Source of the DNA: Podarcis melisellensis
Lineage: Eukaryota
NCBI GenBank assembly: GCA_964234715.1
Contig: OZ174277.1
Direction: 5' to 3' (one strand)
Length of the DNA stretch: 64,000 bases
The position numbers and the translations under genes were made by a program. Positions 14,146-25,311 of this stretch are shown here, in pieces; positions within the stretch are counted from its first letter, which is position 1; every line of letters begins with the position of its first letter. The notes beneath the pieces were generated by a model, which made no database searches, had not been told where the DNA came from, and saw only the letters and a program-made list of their open reading frames with translations.

Positions 14146-14602
14146 CGTATAGTTAAAGCTATGGTTTTCCCAGTAGTGATGTACGGAAGTGAGAGCTGGA
14201 CCATAAAGAAGGCTGATCGCCGAAGAATTGATGCTTTTGAATTATGGTCTGGAGGAGACTCTTGAGAGTCCCATGGACTGCAAGAAGAACAAACCTATCC
14301 ATTCTTAAGGAAATCAGCCCTGAGTGCTCACTGGAAGGACAGATCCTGAAGCTGAGGCTCCAATACTTTGGCCACCTCACAAGAAGAGAAGATTCCCTGG
14401 AAAAGACCCTGATGTTGGGAAAGATGGAGGGCACAAGGAGAAGGGGACGACAGAGGACGAGATGGTTGGACAGTGTTCTCAAAGCTACAAACATGAGCCT
14501 GACCAAACTGCGGGAGGCAGTGGAAGACAGGAGTGCCTGGCGTGCTCTGGTCCATGGGGTCACGAAGAGTCGGACACGACTAAACGACTAAACAGCAACA
14601 AC
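14146..14602 (+). mobile_element. BovB (RTE) LINE, 5'-truncated
   Basis: WRRLLRVPWTARR...LQYFGH...SLEKTLMLGK...GVTKSRTRLND is the BovB C-terminus; (CAA)n tail; TSD ATGGCTAACCC at 14135-14145 and 14603-14613. Confidence 0.92.
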
Positions 14603-16624
14603 ATGGCTAACCCAGCATGGTTTCCTTCAGTATCTCTTAGGTGTAGATATGCTACCTTTGAAAATAGAGGTTCCATTTTTCATTGTGGGAAAATTCATGG
14701 CAAAGTCTAATAGCAATCTTGTTGACCATAATGTGTTCTGAAGATACAACAATGTCTTAGTGTATACCATTCAAGAAGAAATCTCTCTACTGCCTCAGTG
14801 TGAATTTAGTAGCTTCACAAATTTTGTGTGCAAGCACTATTCCTAATAAGCTACGGTCCTACGTGTGAGTCTTTATGGTGATTTTGAGGCGTTCTCTGCA
14901 TGCTGTAGCTATGTGTAACTAACATTTTTTTAGGTTACTTGAAACTGCATTAGAACTTTCCATATGGTACAGATTCTAGATTGGAAGTAGAATCAGGAAG
15001 CATCCAAGAGAAACTGGCCTGTAGTGTATACATTCATTTTTGTTATCTGGTAAACTGGCTGTTTTATGAAACTGGGAGACTGGAGCAAATTCAAAAACAT
15101 TTCCTATTGCTTTCTGGTATCAAACCTCCCCTGCCCCCAGCTGTAGACAAATGAGCTGTGTATTTAATATGCCTCGTTATTCTACGCATGTGAAGGAAAA
15201 CAGTCTAAATGTTTTGTTTTGAGATGACGGTCACTTGGAGGTTCCTGGGCTCACATTTCCTGGAGTCTTTGTTATAACTTCATCTCTGTTAGAAAGGAAA
15301 TGGAAAGTTGCTTTTAAAAAATAACCCTGTGCTGCACTAGGGGTGGGGTTGGGGGGGGGCTATCTGGCAGGATTTTTTCTTTTCTTTTTGAAGTGCCAAA
15401 TCCTTTCAAGTGGTTGAGAGAGAGAGGATTAAAAGTGAATAATGTTAAAGACAAATTGAAGTTGATGCTTGACTTGTCAGTCTCTGGAGTTTCCTGAACA
15501 GACTGAATGAAATGTTTTTCAGTTGAAGCCCACAAAGAATTTTTTTTAAAAAGAATCTGAATGGAGAACAGCAAGGATTTGCATCCTTGTGTCCAGTTTC
15601 GTTCCTGGCTTACTAGTGATTATTCCGTTCCTGAGGAATCTTGGCAGCTGGAGAGAATGGTCCAGTTCACAGGACAGGATTTTGACTGTGAATCCTTTGA
15701 AAAGAGCTACTCCTAGCTGGATAAAAAGTACAGTGAGGAACAAAAGAGTGGGATAAAAGCAGTATGTGTGTGTCTCGTGCGTATGCATTGTCTTAATTGT
15801 AAAGACAGTAATGTTTTTTTTTAATAATAATTGTGGTGGTGTTTTCCCATGTGCAGGAATTAATATTTTCCTCCATTGGGTGAGATACGGGATATAAATA
15901 AATTAAAGTGATCAGATGTCTTATCAGCTGTGTGTGTGGCCCACCTTGACAAAATGCTGTACTTAAATGTAAAAGGTTGCATATGCAGCTTTGTTGAACT
16001 GGGTTACATTTTATGCAAAGCAGTCCTCTTGGCATTGAGGGAATGGGCATGCACACATGGACCCCATTCTTTGCTAGCTTCTATAAGAGCTTTCGGAAGC
16101 ATTTGCTATGCTTGATCACAACATTGTTTTGATCTGTTTGAAGCGGCTGGTGATGTGGTTCAAAGCCAAACCCAAGCCAGCTCTTTACACATAACAATTT
16201 GTAATTGCGTCCAGAGTTGTGGGGATAGGGGAGGGGCTCAGGCCAAATAACTTGACTGCTCCCCAGGCAATCGGGACGACTGAAAGGAGATCAGGTCTCA
16301 CTGGATTCCCTCCTCTCGAAGGATCATTGTGTGTATTCTTATGATACTCTATACTGCCATCTTATGTTTTCAGGTGTTTAGTGTTGAGAGACCTTTTACA
16401 GACTTGCCAGCAGCTAAATAAATTTTAGTGGGCTGTTGTAGTTTTTGTTTCTTGGTGCCGCCCTCATTGCCTGTCACTTTTTCACCATTCTTATGTTTAC
16501 TCCGTAAAGAAACACGTGGTTGGGATTGACCTGAAGTCACACCACGTGTGGTAATTTGTATGTTGAGCATCATAACTATAGCAAGTTAAGAGGTGGTCAG
16601 TATATTCATTTCTCTTTTAACAAT

Positions 16625-16800
16625 GTAAGAAACACTTCGTTGGATCAAGCCAAAGGCCCATCTGTTCCGACTTTCTGTTTGCACAGTGGCCAACCAGATG
16701 CCTATGGGCAGCCAGCAAGCAAGTCATAAACACAACAGCCCCTCTCCTATCTGTGATTATCTGCAACTGGTGTTCAGAAGTATACTGCCTCTTGATAATG
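16625..16800 (-). mobile_element. Old CR1-type LINE 3' fragment
   Basis: AAGA...GGATCAAGCCAAAGGCCCATC...CACAGTGGCCAACCAGATGCC; relatives near 51160-51300 and 12540-12640. Confidence 0.5.
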
Positions 16801-18609
16801 GAGCTGGAGCAGTCACATGCTTGCAGTACTTATGCAGACAGAATGATTGGACGAGTGCAATGTTTAATCCCACTCTCTGTTCTCACATGGATTTTATTTT
16901 TTTCAAAGAACTAAGTTTATCTTAAGTCATTCATTACCTCCCTGGTCTGGTCTGTCAGGCTGTCTTTAACAGCAAGTCAATGTGCTCCTCCATATAACGG
17001 TGTTACTGATCAAAGGCCCAGAATTTGTCTTGAATAAGGGTTATTATGAAAGAGTAGGGATGCCACCTGAACACTGTCCATATTTCAGTTTTGTTTTTGC
17101 TTTTGAGCCCCCCAAGCACACCAGAACTGGGTTGTTCCAGGCCTCGCTTCCATGCACAGTGTCCGCCAGTGTATTGTGCAGGTATTTTCAACCTAAGCAC
17201 GATGCACCTCAGCTTTGCAGATAATTAAATGCAGCTTGTATCTGTCACACACAATTTCATAACCTTGATAATGATTCATATATTAAGATGAGAAGGGGTA
17301 ATTGAAATAAGAACATACTTTGGGTAAAAAGAAAAAAAAACATTCTTCTAAAAGAAGGAATAATATCCACCTTATGGATTTTTCGAGGACGGAACTTGTT
17401 TAACTCTGCAGGCTACAAAGCTTCCTACTAAATGAAAACGATGCTTGCATACGTTTTGTTCATCAGAATCTTTCTATTATGCCTTTTGATATGTCTGAAA
17501 AAATAAAATTAAAAAAAAACCACAGGGAAACAATTATCGTAAAACTGTAGAAACATTAAGGAACTAAAAATACAGCAACCATAGTTAGTTAAGCAGCAGT
17601 AAACTTCCAATACACCCGGAAACTTTCTGGAATAAAACTACTCTTTGCCTGGTGCCAAGAAGCCATCATGGATGAAGTAAAGCCAATTCCAGTGGGGAAG
17701 AAGTGCCATGGAATGTGTCACTTCTGAGAAGCCTCTTTTATCTTCTAATCTAATATATCCCAAAGGGAATAGTTTACCCTCTGAGTGCCTCAGATCTTTG
17801 TGGCTGTGCATATTTCTCCAAAACATATAACATGTGGTGGGGGGTGGGGGGTCTTTGTAGCCGCATTCGTCTCAATCCTATGCAGAATTGAGTGCACATA
17901 AGCCCATTTATTTTCAATATGTGCATGAGCAATGTTCAGAGCTTTTGACCTCGTCCTTCAAACTCATTGCACTGCCAAAAAGATTTGAGGCCTGACAGCG
18001 TTCTTTAGGAAACCTTGTTCTTTAGAAAACCTTGTTTACTGTTTGGGATCATTGGTTGCTCTATGACCAGTCTGTTACAAAGCAATGGAAAATTTAAGGA
18101 ATGAGGTCCTGCATTTGGAACTGCATGATTGCAGATGGTTGCTTCATGCATGCTTTATGGATGCCACCAGAGGGCAATGCAGTTCTTTCACAAACTTAAA
18201 AAGGTCTCTTGTTTAAGATCCCGTGAGTTGATAACACAAATCTGACTTGCCCATGGAAGTGTGAAGTTTTGAACTATACGCTGAACTTGGAATTTCGCAG
18301 ACGTAGGTAAGGAGCCAGGTATTAAAAATGGATGTAAGGCTTCATATAGGTGACTTTGGGAAAGGAAAATTTGCAATATGCAATGTGACTTTCTTTGATA
18401 GACAGTGGGGGATACTCGGCATCAAGGCCAATGTATTGTGTAAACACAGCAATAACCCTACAGCCTCAGATCTATGTTCAGCCCTCAAGTCTGGATGGGT
18501 AGATCGTCATCTTGGCCACAAGCTGAAAATATATGTAAGAATTTTAAAGAGCTACTCACTCTTATTTTTAAATAAGTCACACAGGGGTGGCTAACCTGTG
18601 GTCCTCCAG

Positions 18610-18956
18610 GTAAAGGTAAAGGGACCGCTGACCATTAGATCCAGTCGTGACTGACTCTGGGGTTGCGGCACTCATCTCGCTTTATTGGCAGAGGGAGCCA
18701 ATGTACAGCTTCCGGGTCATGTGGCCAGCATGACTAAGCCGCTTCTGGTGAACCAGAGCAGCACATGGAAACGCTGTTTATCTTCCCGCAGGAGCGGTAC
18801 CTATTTATCTACTTGCACTTTGACGTGCTTTCGAACTGCTAGGTTGGCAGGAGCTGGGACTGAGCAACAGGAGCTCACCCTGTCGCGGGGATTCAAACCG
18901 CCGACCTTCTGATCGGCAAGTCCTAGGCTCTGTGGTTTAACCCACAACGCCACCTG
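18610..18956 (-). mobile_element. Sauria SINE nested in a palindromic MITE
   Basis: AAAGGTAAAGG tail and family body; the flanks rejoin into the CTCCAG..TGTT.GACT.CAATTCCCATCA MITE. Confidence 0.85.
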
Positions 18957-20829
18957 TGTTAGACTCCAATTCCCATCAGCCCCAACCAGCATGGCACATG
19001 GTTAGGGGTGATGGAAGTTGTAATCCACAAACATCTGGAGGGCTAAACTGCTTTATAGTGTATTATCAACACATAACAACCCAGTTGATGTTTCATTTAA
19101 ATTATATCATGGCTTGTTTTAGAAATACTGGTTGATAATCTTGCCATGGGCTGAAGGCAGTTCTTTTCCCAGGAATATCTTTCATGGTTGCTCTGTTGCT
19201 GCTTCTCCCTTGTGGCTGATCGTTTGCGTAATGTGTTCAGTCCCACAGGACTGGAGTGGCTTATCGTGCATATTTGAACCAGTGACCCGGAGAAGGCTGT
19301 GCTAGTACTTGACACAGCAAAGCATTGCAGCATACTAGAAGAGCATTAACAATATGTAAATGTTTTGTTCCCAAGCTTAGGCAACTAAAACCTGCCAAAA
19401 GAGAAGCAATGCATTTTTTTGTTTTTGTTTTTTGGCTAGGGATTTAAATACTCTGTATAGAATAGTATTACTAAATAATCCTTGCACACAGAAACACACC
19501 CCTTTTTTTGTTTCCATGCAAAAGCATTTCATCTCTCTCATGTATGTGTTTCTGTAACTGTATTTTTGTAAAGCTTTGCTTAAGTTGTTTCTGCTTCAGT
19601 TTTCTGTACGCTGCTCAAAAGATATTTTGAATATAGTAAGCGGTATAGAAATTAAGTAATCAAAAGGTGGGGAGCCTGTGGCCTTCCAGATGTTTAAGAC
19701 TATACCTCCCATTATCCCTGACCTTCCATCATTCATGATAGGAGTCCAGAAACAGCTGAGAGGCTGCGGGTTCCTCAGCCTTGCCTTTTATGAGCTGCTT
19801 GCACTCTAAAAATGAGTGCAGCCTGGTCACAAGTTTACCATCTCATCTGTGCTTTGGTGACAACCATATCTTAAGTTTTAATACTTTTTCCCCTCTTGAT
19901 TTGGATCTGCCTGACACTGGTGGGGAATCTCTCCTGGGTAAGACATTGATCTGTTTGGCGGGAGAAAAGGTTTGCCTATTCCACATTATTGCAGCCTGCT
20001 TCGCTTTTTGCCTACACCAAAATTGACAAATCGGGTACATGTGCAGCTAAATGTATGATAAATTAAGCAAATGTAAAACTGGTTCTTCTAAGTGATGGTG
20101 CATGTGGAACACTTGACTGCTCAGACTTTGGGGGGGGGGTTGTATTTGGAAAAATAATGAATAGACACTGTCAATCTTCATATTACTTGCGTCACCTGTG
20201 CCCATCAACTGCATTGACTTCTTCCAAGCAATCTGAACATTGCAGCAGCACAGCCTGTTCAGTTCTTACTTACCCGCAGTTTCCTCGGCAACCAACAAGC
20301 AATCCCAGAAACAGATTCCACACAATGGCAAGAAACCAAAAAAAAACCCTCCTAAGCAACACTTTCAGTTCTTTGGCAGCTCTATTTTTAATGCTAGAAA
20401 TGAAAACTCTCTTAAGATACCATTCTTTGAAGTACCATAGTGGAGAACCCATAATACTAAAAAGATCCAATGGCAGTGGGGTGGGATGTTATCTCTAATG
20501 CTAGTCCTTCTTAAGAGGACAACAAAAAGGCATTTTTTTTGTATTTGTAAATAGCTTGAAAATGAACTCCCTCCTCTGCTGTCATGCTTTATAAAGTAGA
20601 TTCCATCTGTGGCTTTTATCCTTGGTTCCTGATTTACTAACGTTTCAGGTCGGAAAAAGGTTGGCCACAAAAGGTCAGTTTGCCCCGCCCCTTCCTTAGT
20701 TCTTATGTTTTCTGACACTTTTTAAGGCTGGAACAGGAACAGTTCTAAGTTCTTTTCTGCAAATTATGAAGATGAATATATTCTTGATGTGCAAATATTT
20801 ATTGTCATTTCAATAGTTATTTCACATTA

Positions 20830-21082
20830 CAGTGGTACCTCTGGTTACGTACTTAATTCGTTCCGGAGGTCTGTTCTTAACCTGAAACTGTTCTTAACCT
20901 GAAGCACCACTTTAGTTAATGGGGCCTCCTGCTGCTGCCGCTGCTGCACCGCCGGAGCACAATTTCTGTTCTCATCCTGAAGCAAAGTTCTTAACCTGAG
21001 GTAATATTTCTGGGTTAGCGGAGTCTGTAACCTGAAGTGTATGTAACCTGAAGCGTATGTACTGTAACTAGAAGTCCCACTG
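20830..21082. mobile_element. Tigger-like MITE, inverted relative to 5297-5521
   Basis: Same TIRs and internal sequence; TA TSD. Confidence 0.8.
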
Positions 21083-21202
21083 TAGTTGAATTCAGCAGAT
21101 CTACTGAATCAGTCTCTTCTCGTTTCCGAACTGTTTCCATAACAGCTGTTAATTATAAGAATTTATATTTAACATAATTTGTGCCTGTGTTTGTTTTTAC
21201 TC

Positions 21203-21254
21203 CCTTCCTTCCTTCCTTCCTTCCTTCCTTCCTTCCTTCCTTCCTTCCTTCCTT
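21203..21254. repeat. (CCTT)n microsatellite
   Basis: Read directly from the sequence. Confidence 0.95.
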
Positions 21255-24200
21255 GTGACACAACTACTTAGATTGTAAGTGACCAGGGACATTTTTATTT
21301 TATTTGACTGAATGTAAGCTGGAAGCCTTTGAGGGTGAAGAACTGAGTAAAATGCCTATAGTAATAATTCATTAATTTACATGTGCAGTAAGATACCATG
21401 TAATGTGCAGCCTGGCATTTCCCACACAGGCATAAGTAAGTTTATTTACATGCCACATTTTCCACAAATTGTGCTTGAAGTGCTTCACATAATTTAGAAA
21501 ATTCAAGTACATCAGTAGGCGCAATACATAATTTTACCTCTACAGTGTAATGTTTGACAGTTCAACACCAATTCATTTCAAAGTACAAAAAATGTTTAAA
21601 TAAGTATAAAACGGGTAGATAACACAGTAGGTATCCTCCAGAATTAGACTATAGCATCCATCAGCCCCAGCCAGCATGGCCAATAATCAGGAATGATGGG
21701 AATTGTAGTATAACAATATCTGTGGGGTTGGGGGGGCACTGTGTTGGGTACTCCAGTATAAAACATGGCAGTAGGTCAATTAACAATACCCACACAGCAT
21801 CCACATTATATGCACCCTAAGTCAGCCAACCAAACAAGGCCAAATGTACTGCTGAACAACGAAAAGGCCCACTGTTGTCCTAGATCAGGGTTTCCCAAAC
21901 TTCGGTCTCCAGCTGTTCTTTGACTACAATTCCCATCACCCTGACCACTGGTCCTGCTAGCGAGGGATGATGGGAGTTGTAGTCCCAAAACAACTGCCCA
22001 AGAGGAGAGGTTCCATCAACAGACATCCTCTTCTCAGCAAAGACCCTTGCCTTGAGCAACCGCTGAGGTATGTTTTGGGCTATTAATAAGTCTATTGTAG
22101 AACACCATTTGAGTTCAAAGAACTAAACTTCAGTTTTGAAACCAACATAGGGCAAATGATTGTAGGGCAAGCAAGTTCAGCCAGAAGAAGAGGAGTTTTC
22201 AGCAATATGTCGTGGCGGGAGGAGCCTTCAGCCACAATCCCTGGTATGAGGCAAGTGTGCCCCTCGTCTTTGAAAGAAAGACGCTTGTGCAGTTAACCAT
22301 GAGGCACAATTGCGTTTCGAAGGAAGATTTTGTTCTGCTCATGAGGCTCTTGTTTCTGCCATGCCTGACAGGAATCACTTCTAGAAGAAAGTGGTATTTT
22401 TAGGTTGAGGTATAATGAGATCCTTCCTTGCTTTCGGCATAATTGTTAAGAAATATACATTTTGTGTGTGTGTACAAAATTGGATAGAAATGCTGACAGG
22501 CTGGCGTTCATAGCTGCTGACACAAACTTTCTGAGCATAGGCCATACACATTCTGCTGACACCAACACTCTCCTTGGGAACAGCTGGCAATGCCTGCTGA
22601 TCCCTTCCCTCAGAGCACATCCCAGCCATTGACTATGTAGATGGTTTTAAAGTACCACCCCTAATCTATTCATTACCTGAAGTAGTGAAAATCTTAAGGC
22701 AAAATGTCCCTACATCTCTTAATTGCATTCCTAAGCACTTTCCCCTGCTCTTAACATGCCAACATCGCTGTGATGTGGGGAAGAATTACCATGCACAATC
22801 CTTCCAGTTAGTGTGGTTGACTCACAATATAGGTTTGTATTGTGACTCTATTTACACATGAGTTATATTCATTGGACTGAATAATTCCATTTAAAAACTG
22901 GCCCAATGTTGAAACCTTATGGATGGGGCACAACAGTTCTAGACTTAATTTGGTTGCCTAATATACAGCAAATGAGAATAAACAAACATGCTGTGATCAA
23001 GTGAAGGCCTTTTCAATCAGCCTTGATTTCATTAGATGGGTTTAGAGGTAGAATACAGATTAGTATTAACCTGTCCTTGCCTTAATTTAAGGCCAAACTT
23101 ATAATTTGCTGTATTATTCTACAATAAATGGAAATTGAGTATTTTGGTCCCCCCCCCCCTGTGTTGTCCACACTCAGTCTAGATCTATTGCATTTAATAT
23201 TTTATTTTATTTTTATTTTTCCTCTGAAAAGTGCTTCTTGAGAAACTGGTTTCGTTCCAAAAATAAAAACTCATTGCAAATTGATTCTGCGTTACCCTAC
23301 AGAGTGTACATTAGAAAGCAAATGAAAACAGATATAGGCAGATGTATTCACACCTGCTCAATGACATGGATGGACATATACCAAGATCACAACCGCAATG
23401 TCCTTCATTCACTAGGGACATGTGCAGGGAGGAAAAAAGGCATAGATGTTCAAATGCATATCAAGTAGCCATACCTACCCACCCAGTGGAGCTGAAATGG
23501 ATGTGCTCTCTCTCTATGTATTATCCAGGTGCTTTTTGTTTACCGAAAGAAAATTGTAAATGGCTGAAGTTTGAGGACCCTACTTACTATTCTGCAGAGG
23601 ACAATGTCCTAGAATGACTACATTATAGGTCTACTTCCCTGTAAATTTTGCCATGAAAAATGCACCTGGGGTATAATTTCTTCCCCAAAGGTCTGGGTTA
23701 GTGTTAATCCCAAAGTAAAATACTGCTTTAAAACGTTACTATACTTGTATCTTGCTGAAGTTTTTTTAATACACATACACACACACTCACACACGCATAC
23801 AGCCTTCAATTTCATTCATGAAGGTACCATACCTTTTCCTCAATGTTTGCTCCCTTGAGTCGAATGAGATTGATTCTTCTCACCTTGCGTTGAGCAATAC
23901 TTTTAAGTAATGGTAACTGCAGGGATTTGGTTTCTATTCCCCAATATTAAGAACATGTATAATAATATAAAATATGGCCAGTAGGTCAAACATCAGCTTG
24001 TGAACTATTCAATAAAATTGTTATTTATTTCAATATTCTTAAGGAAAAATAAATGAGAGTTCCCTGTGCCAGACAAATTCTCAGACATTAATGCTTCCTC
24101 TACCCATGGGCCCTGATATATTTCCCCCTCAGCAATGGGAGCCCTCCTTGTGAAACACTTCCTATACAGAAGCTCACTGGGCCCACTTAACCACCTTTCG

Positions 24201-24345
24201 CAGCTTGGCAAATATTAATTTTTAATTTTTGCTATTTATGTTTTACTTTTGGGAGGGAGCTAGCTATGGGTTGTATCTCAAGTTCTCAAAGTTGACCAAC
24301 ATGAGTCCATTAATTTTAATGGGTCTTTTCTGAGTCGGATGTTTG

Positions 24346-24829
24346 TGTTATTCTAAAGCACCAAGGCTGCAGCAAGCAAAGGCAGCACAGTCTGCTGCTT
24401 GTGGCTGGAAAGCCAAACAGGATGTTTGTGACTGTTGCCATGGGAACAAAGGGGCAGTCCATTCTGTACTGAGCACCGGATGTTAGCTCAGTGGGTTTGT
24501 CATATGACCTGTACAGGATGTACATGGGTGAGTTTCTCTCTGTATGTTGAAGAGAGCAGACATGTTTACTGGATGACTGCTGAAAGACACAAATAAAAGG
24601 AGATGTAGATACGTTACTGTCTGTGTCTGATTCCCCTCCCTGGGGATATGCAGGGAGGAGGAGAGAAGGAGAAGCAGTTGGTGTGTTTTCCTCACAGCCT
24701 GAGGAAAATCGCCGGAACGGACCTCGTGTTGTTTATCCTGCCGGGAGTCGCCGGAGGGAGGTCTAAGGAATTCAGCCGGTGCCTGATCAGATAGGCACAT
24801 ACCGATGACCGGGTAGCAGAATTCCAACA
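24346..24829 (+). repeat. 5' LTR
   Basis: TGTTATTC...TTCCAACA, direct repeat of 27856-28339; AATAAA at 24592-24597. Confidence 0.95.
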
Positions 24830-24830
24830 T

Positions 24831-24848
24831 TGGTAGCAGAGGATGGTT
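24831..24848 (+). other. Primer-binding site, tRNA-iMet
   Basis: TGGTAGCAGAGGATGGTT is the reverse complement of the 3' 18 nt of vertebrate initiator tRNA-Met (...AACCATCCTCTGCTACCA), 1 nt after the LTR. Confidence 0.92.
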
Positions 24849-25311
24849 CCTGTTTTCATCGCCCTCTGCATCAAGAAGTGGCTTCCATGGATGCCTGACC
24901 TGAGAAAGCTGATTCTCTGCAGCCAGAAGCTGACCAGAGCAAGCTGGAGGCAAAAGCCACGGAGCCCAGGTATGTGATTTTCGGGCTTAGAAGAGTGGAT
25001 GCAGACTGAGTTATTTCTCTGCTTCGAGGGAGCAGCGTATGGGAAACAGCTCCAGTTAAAAGTGAAACCGCATACCAAACATTCCTGTGGCTTTCTTCTC
25101 CAAGGGATTGGAATGTACTGTTGCTAAGCGACGCCTTTCAGTGAAGGCTAATCCTCAGAGAGGAGAAGTGAAAGCAACAATGGAATGTTTTGACTACAAA
25201 GGCTGAGGAGCTCCTGGAAATTTCCAACGCAGCCAGCGTTGAGAGCTGCCAGGTGCACAGAGTGTAAACAAGCCAGCTATTGGATTTTAGAGGCTTGTGT
25301 TTTGAGAGTCA

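Noticed and set aside
24333-24345. AGTCGGATGTTTG matches 13 nt of miR-30a-3p right at the Copia insertion site (also GATGTTTGCAGC at 29634-29645), suggesting a disrupted mir-30a
   Set aside because: There is no 5p arm or hairpin, and the sequence after the TSD does not continue as CAGC. The flank resembles a common palindromic repeat (CCATTAATTTTAATGGG). mir-30a is expected upstream of mir-30c-2, probably outside the window.
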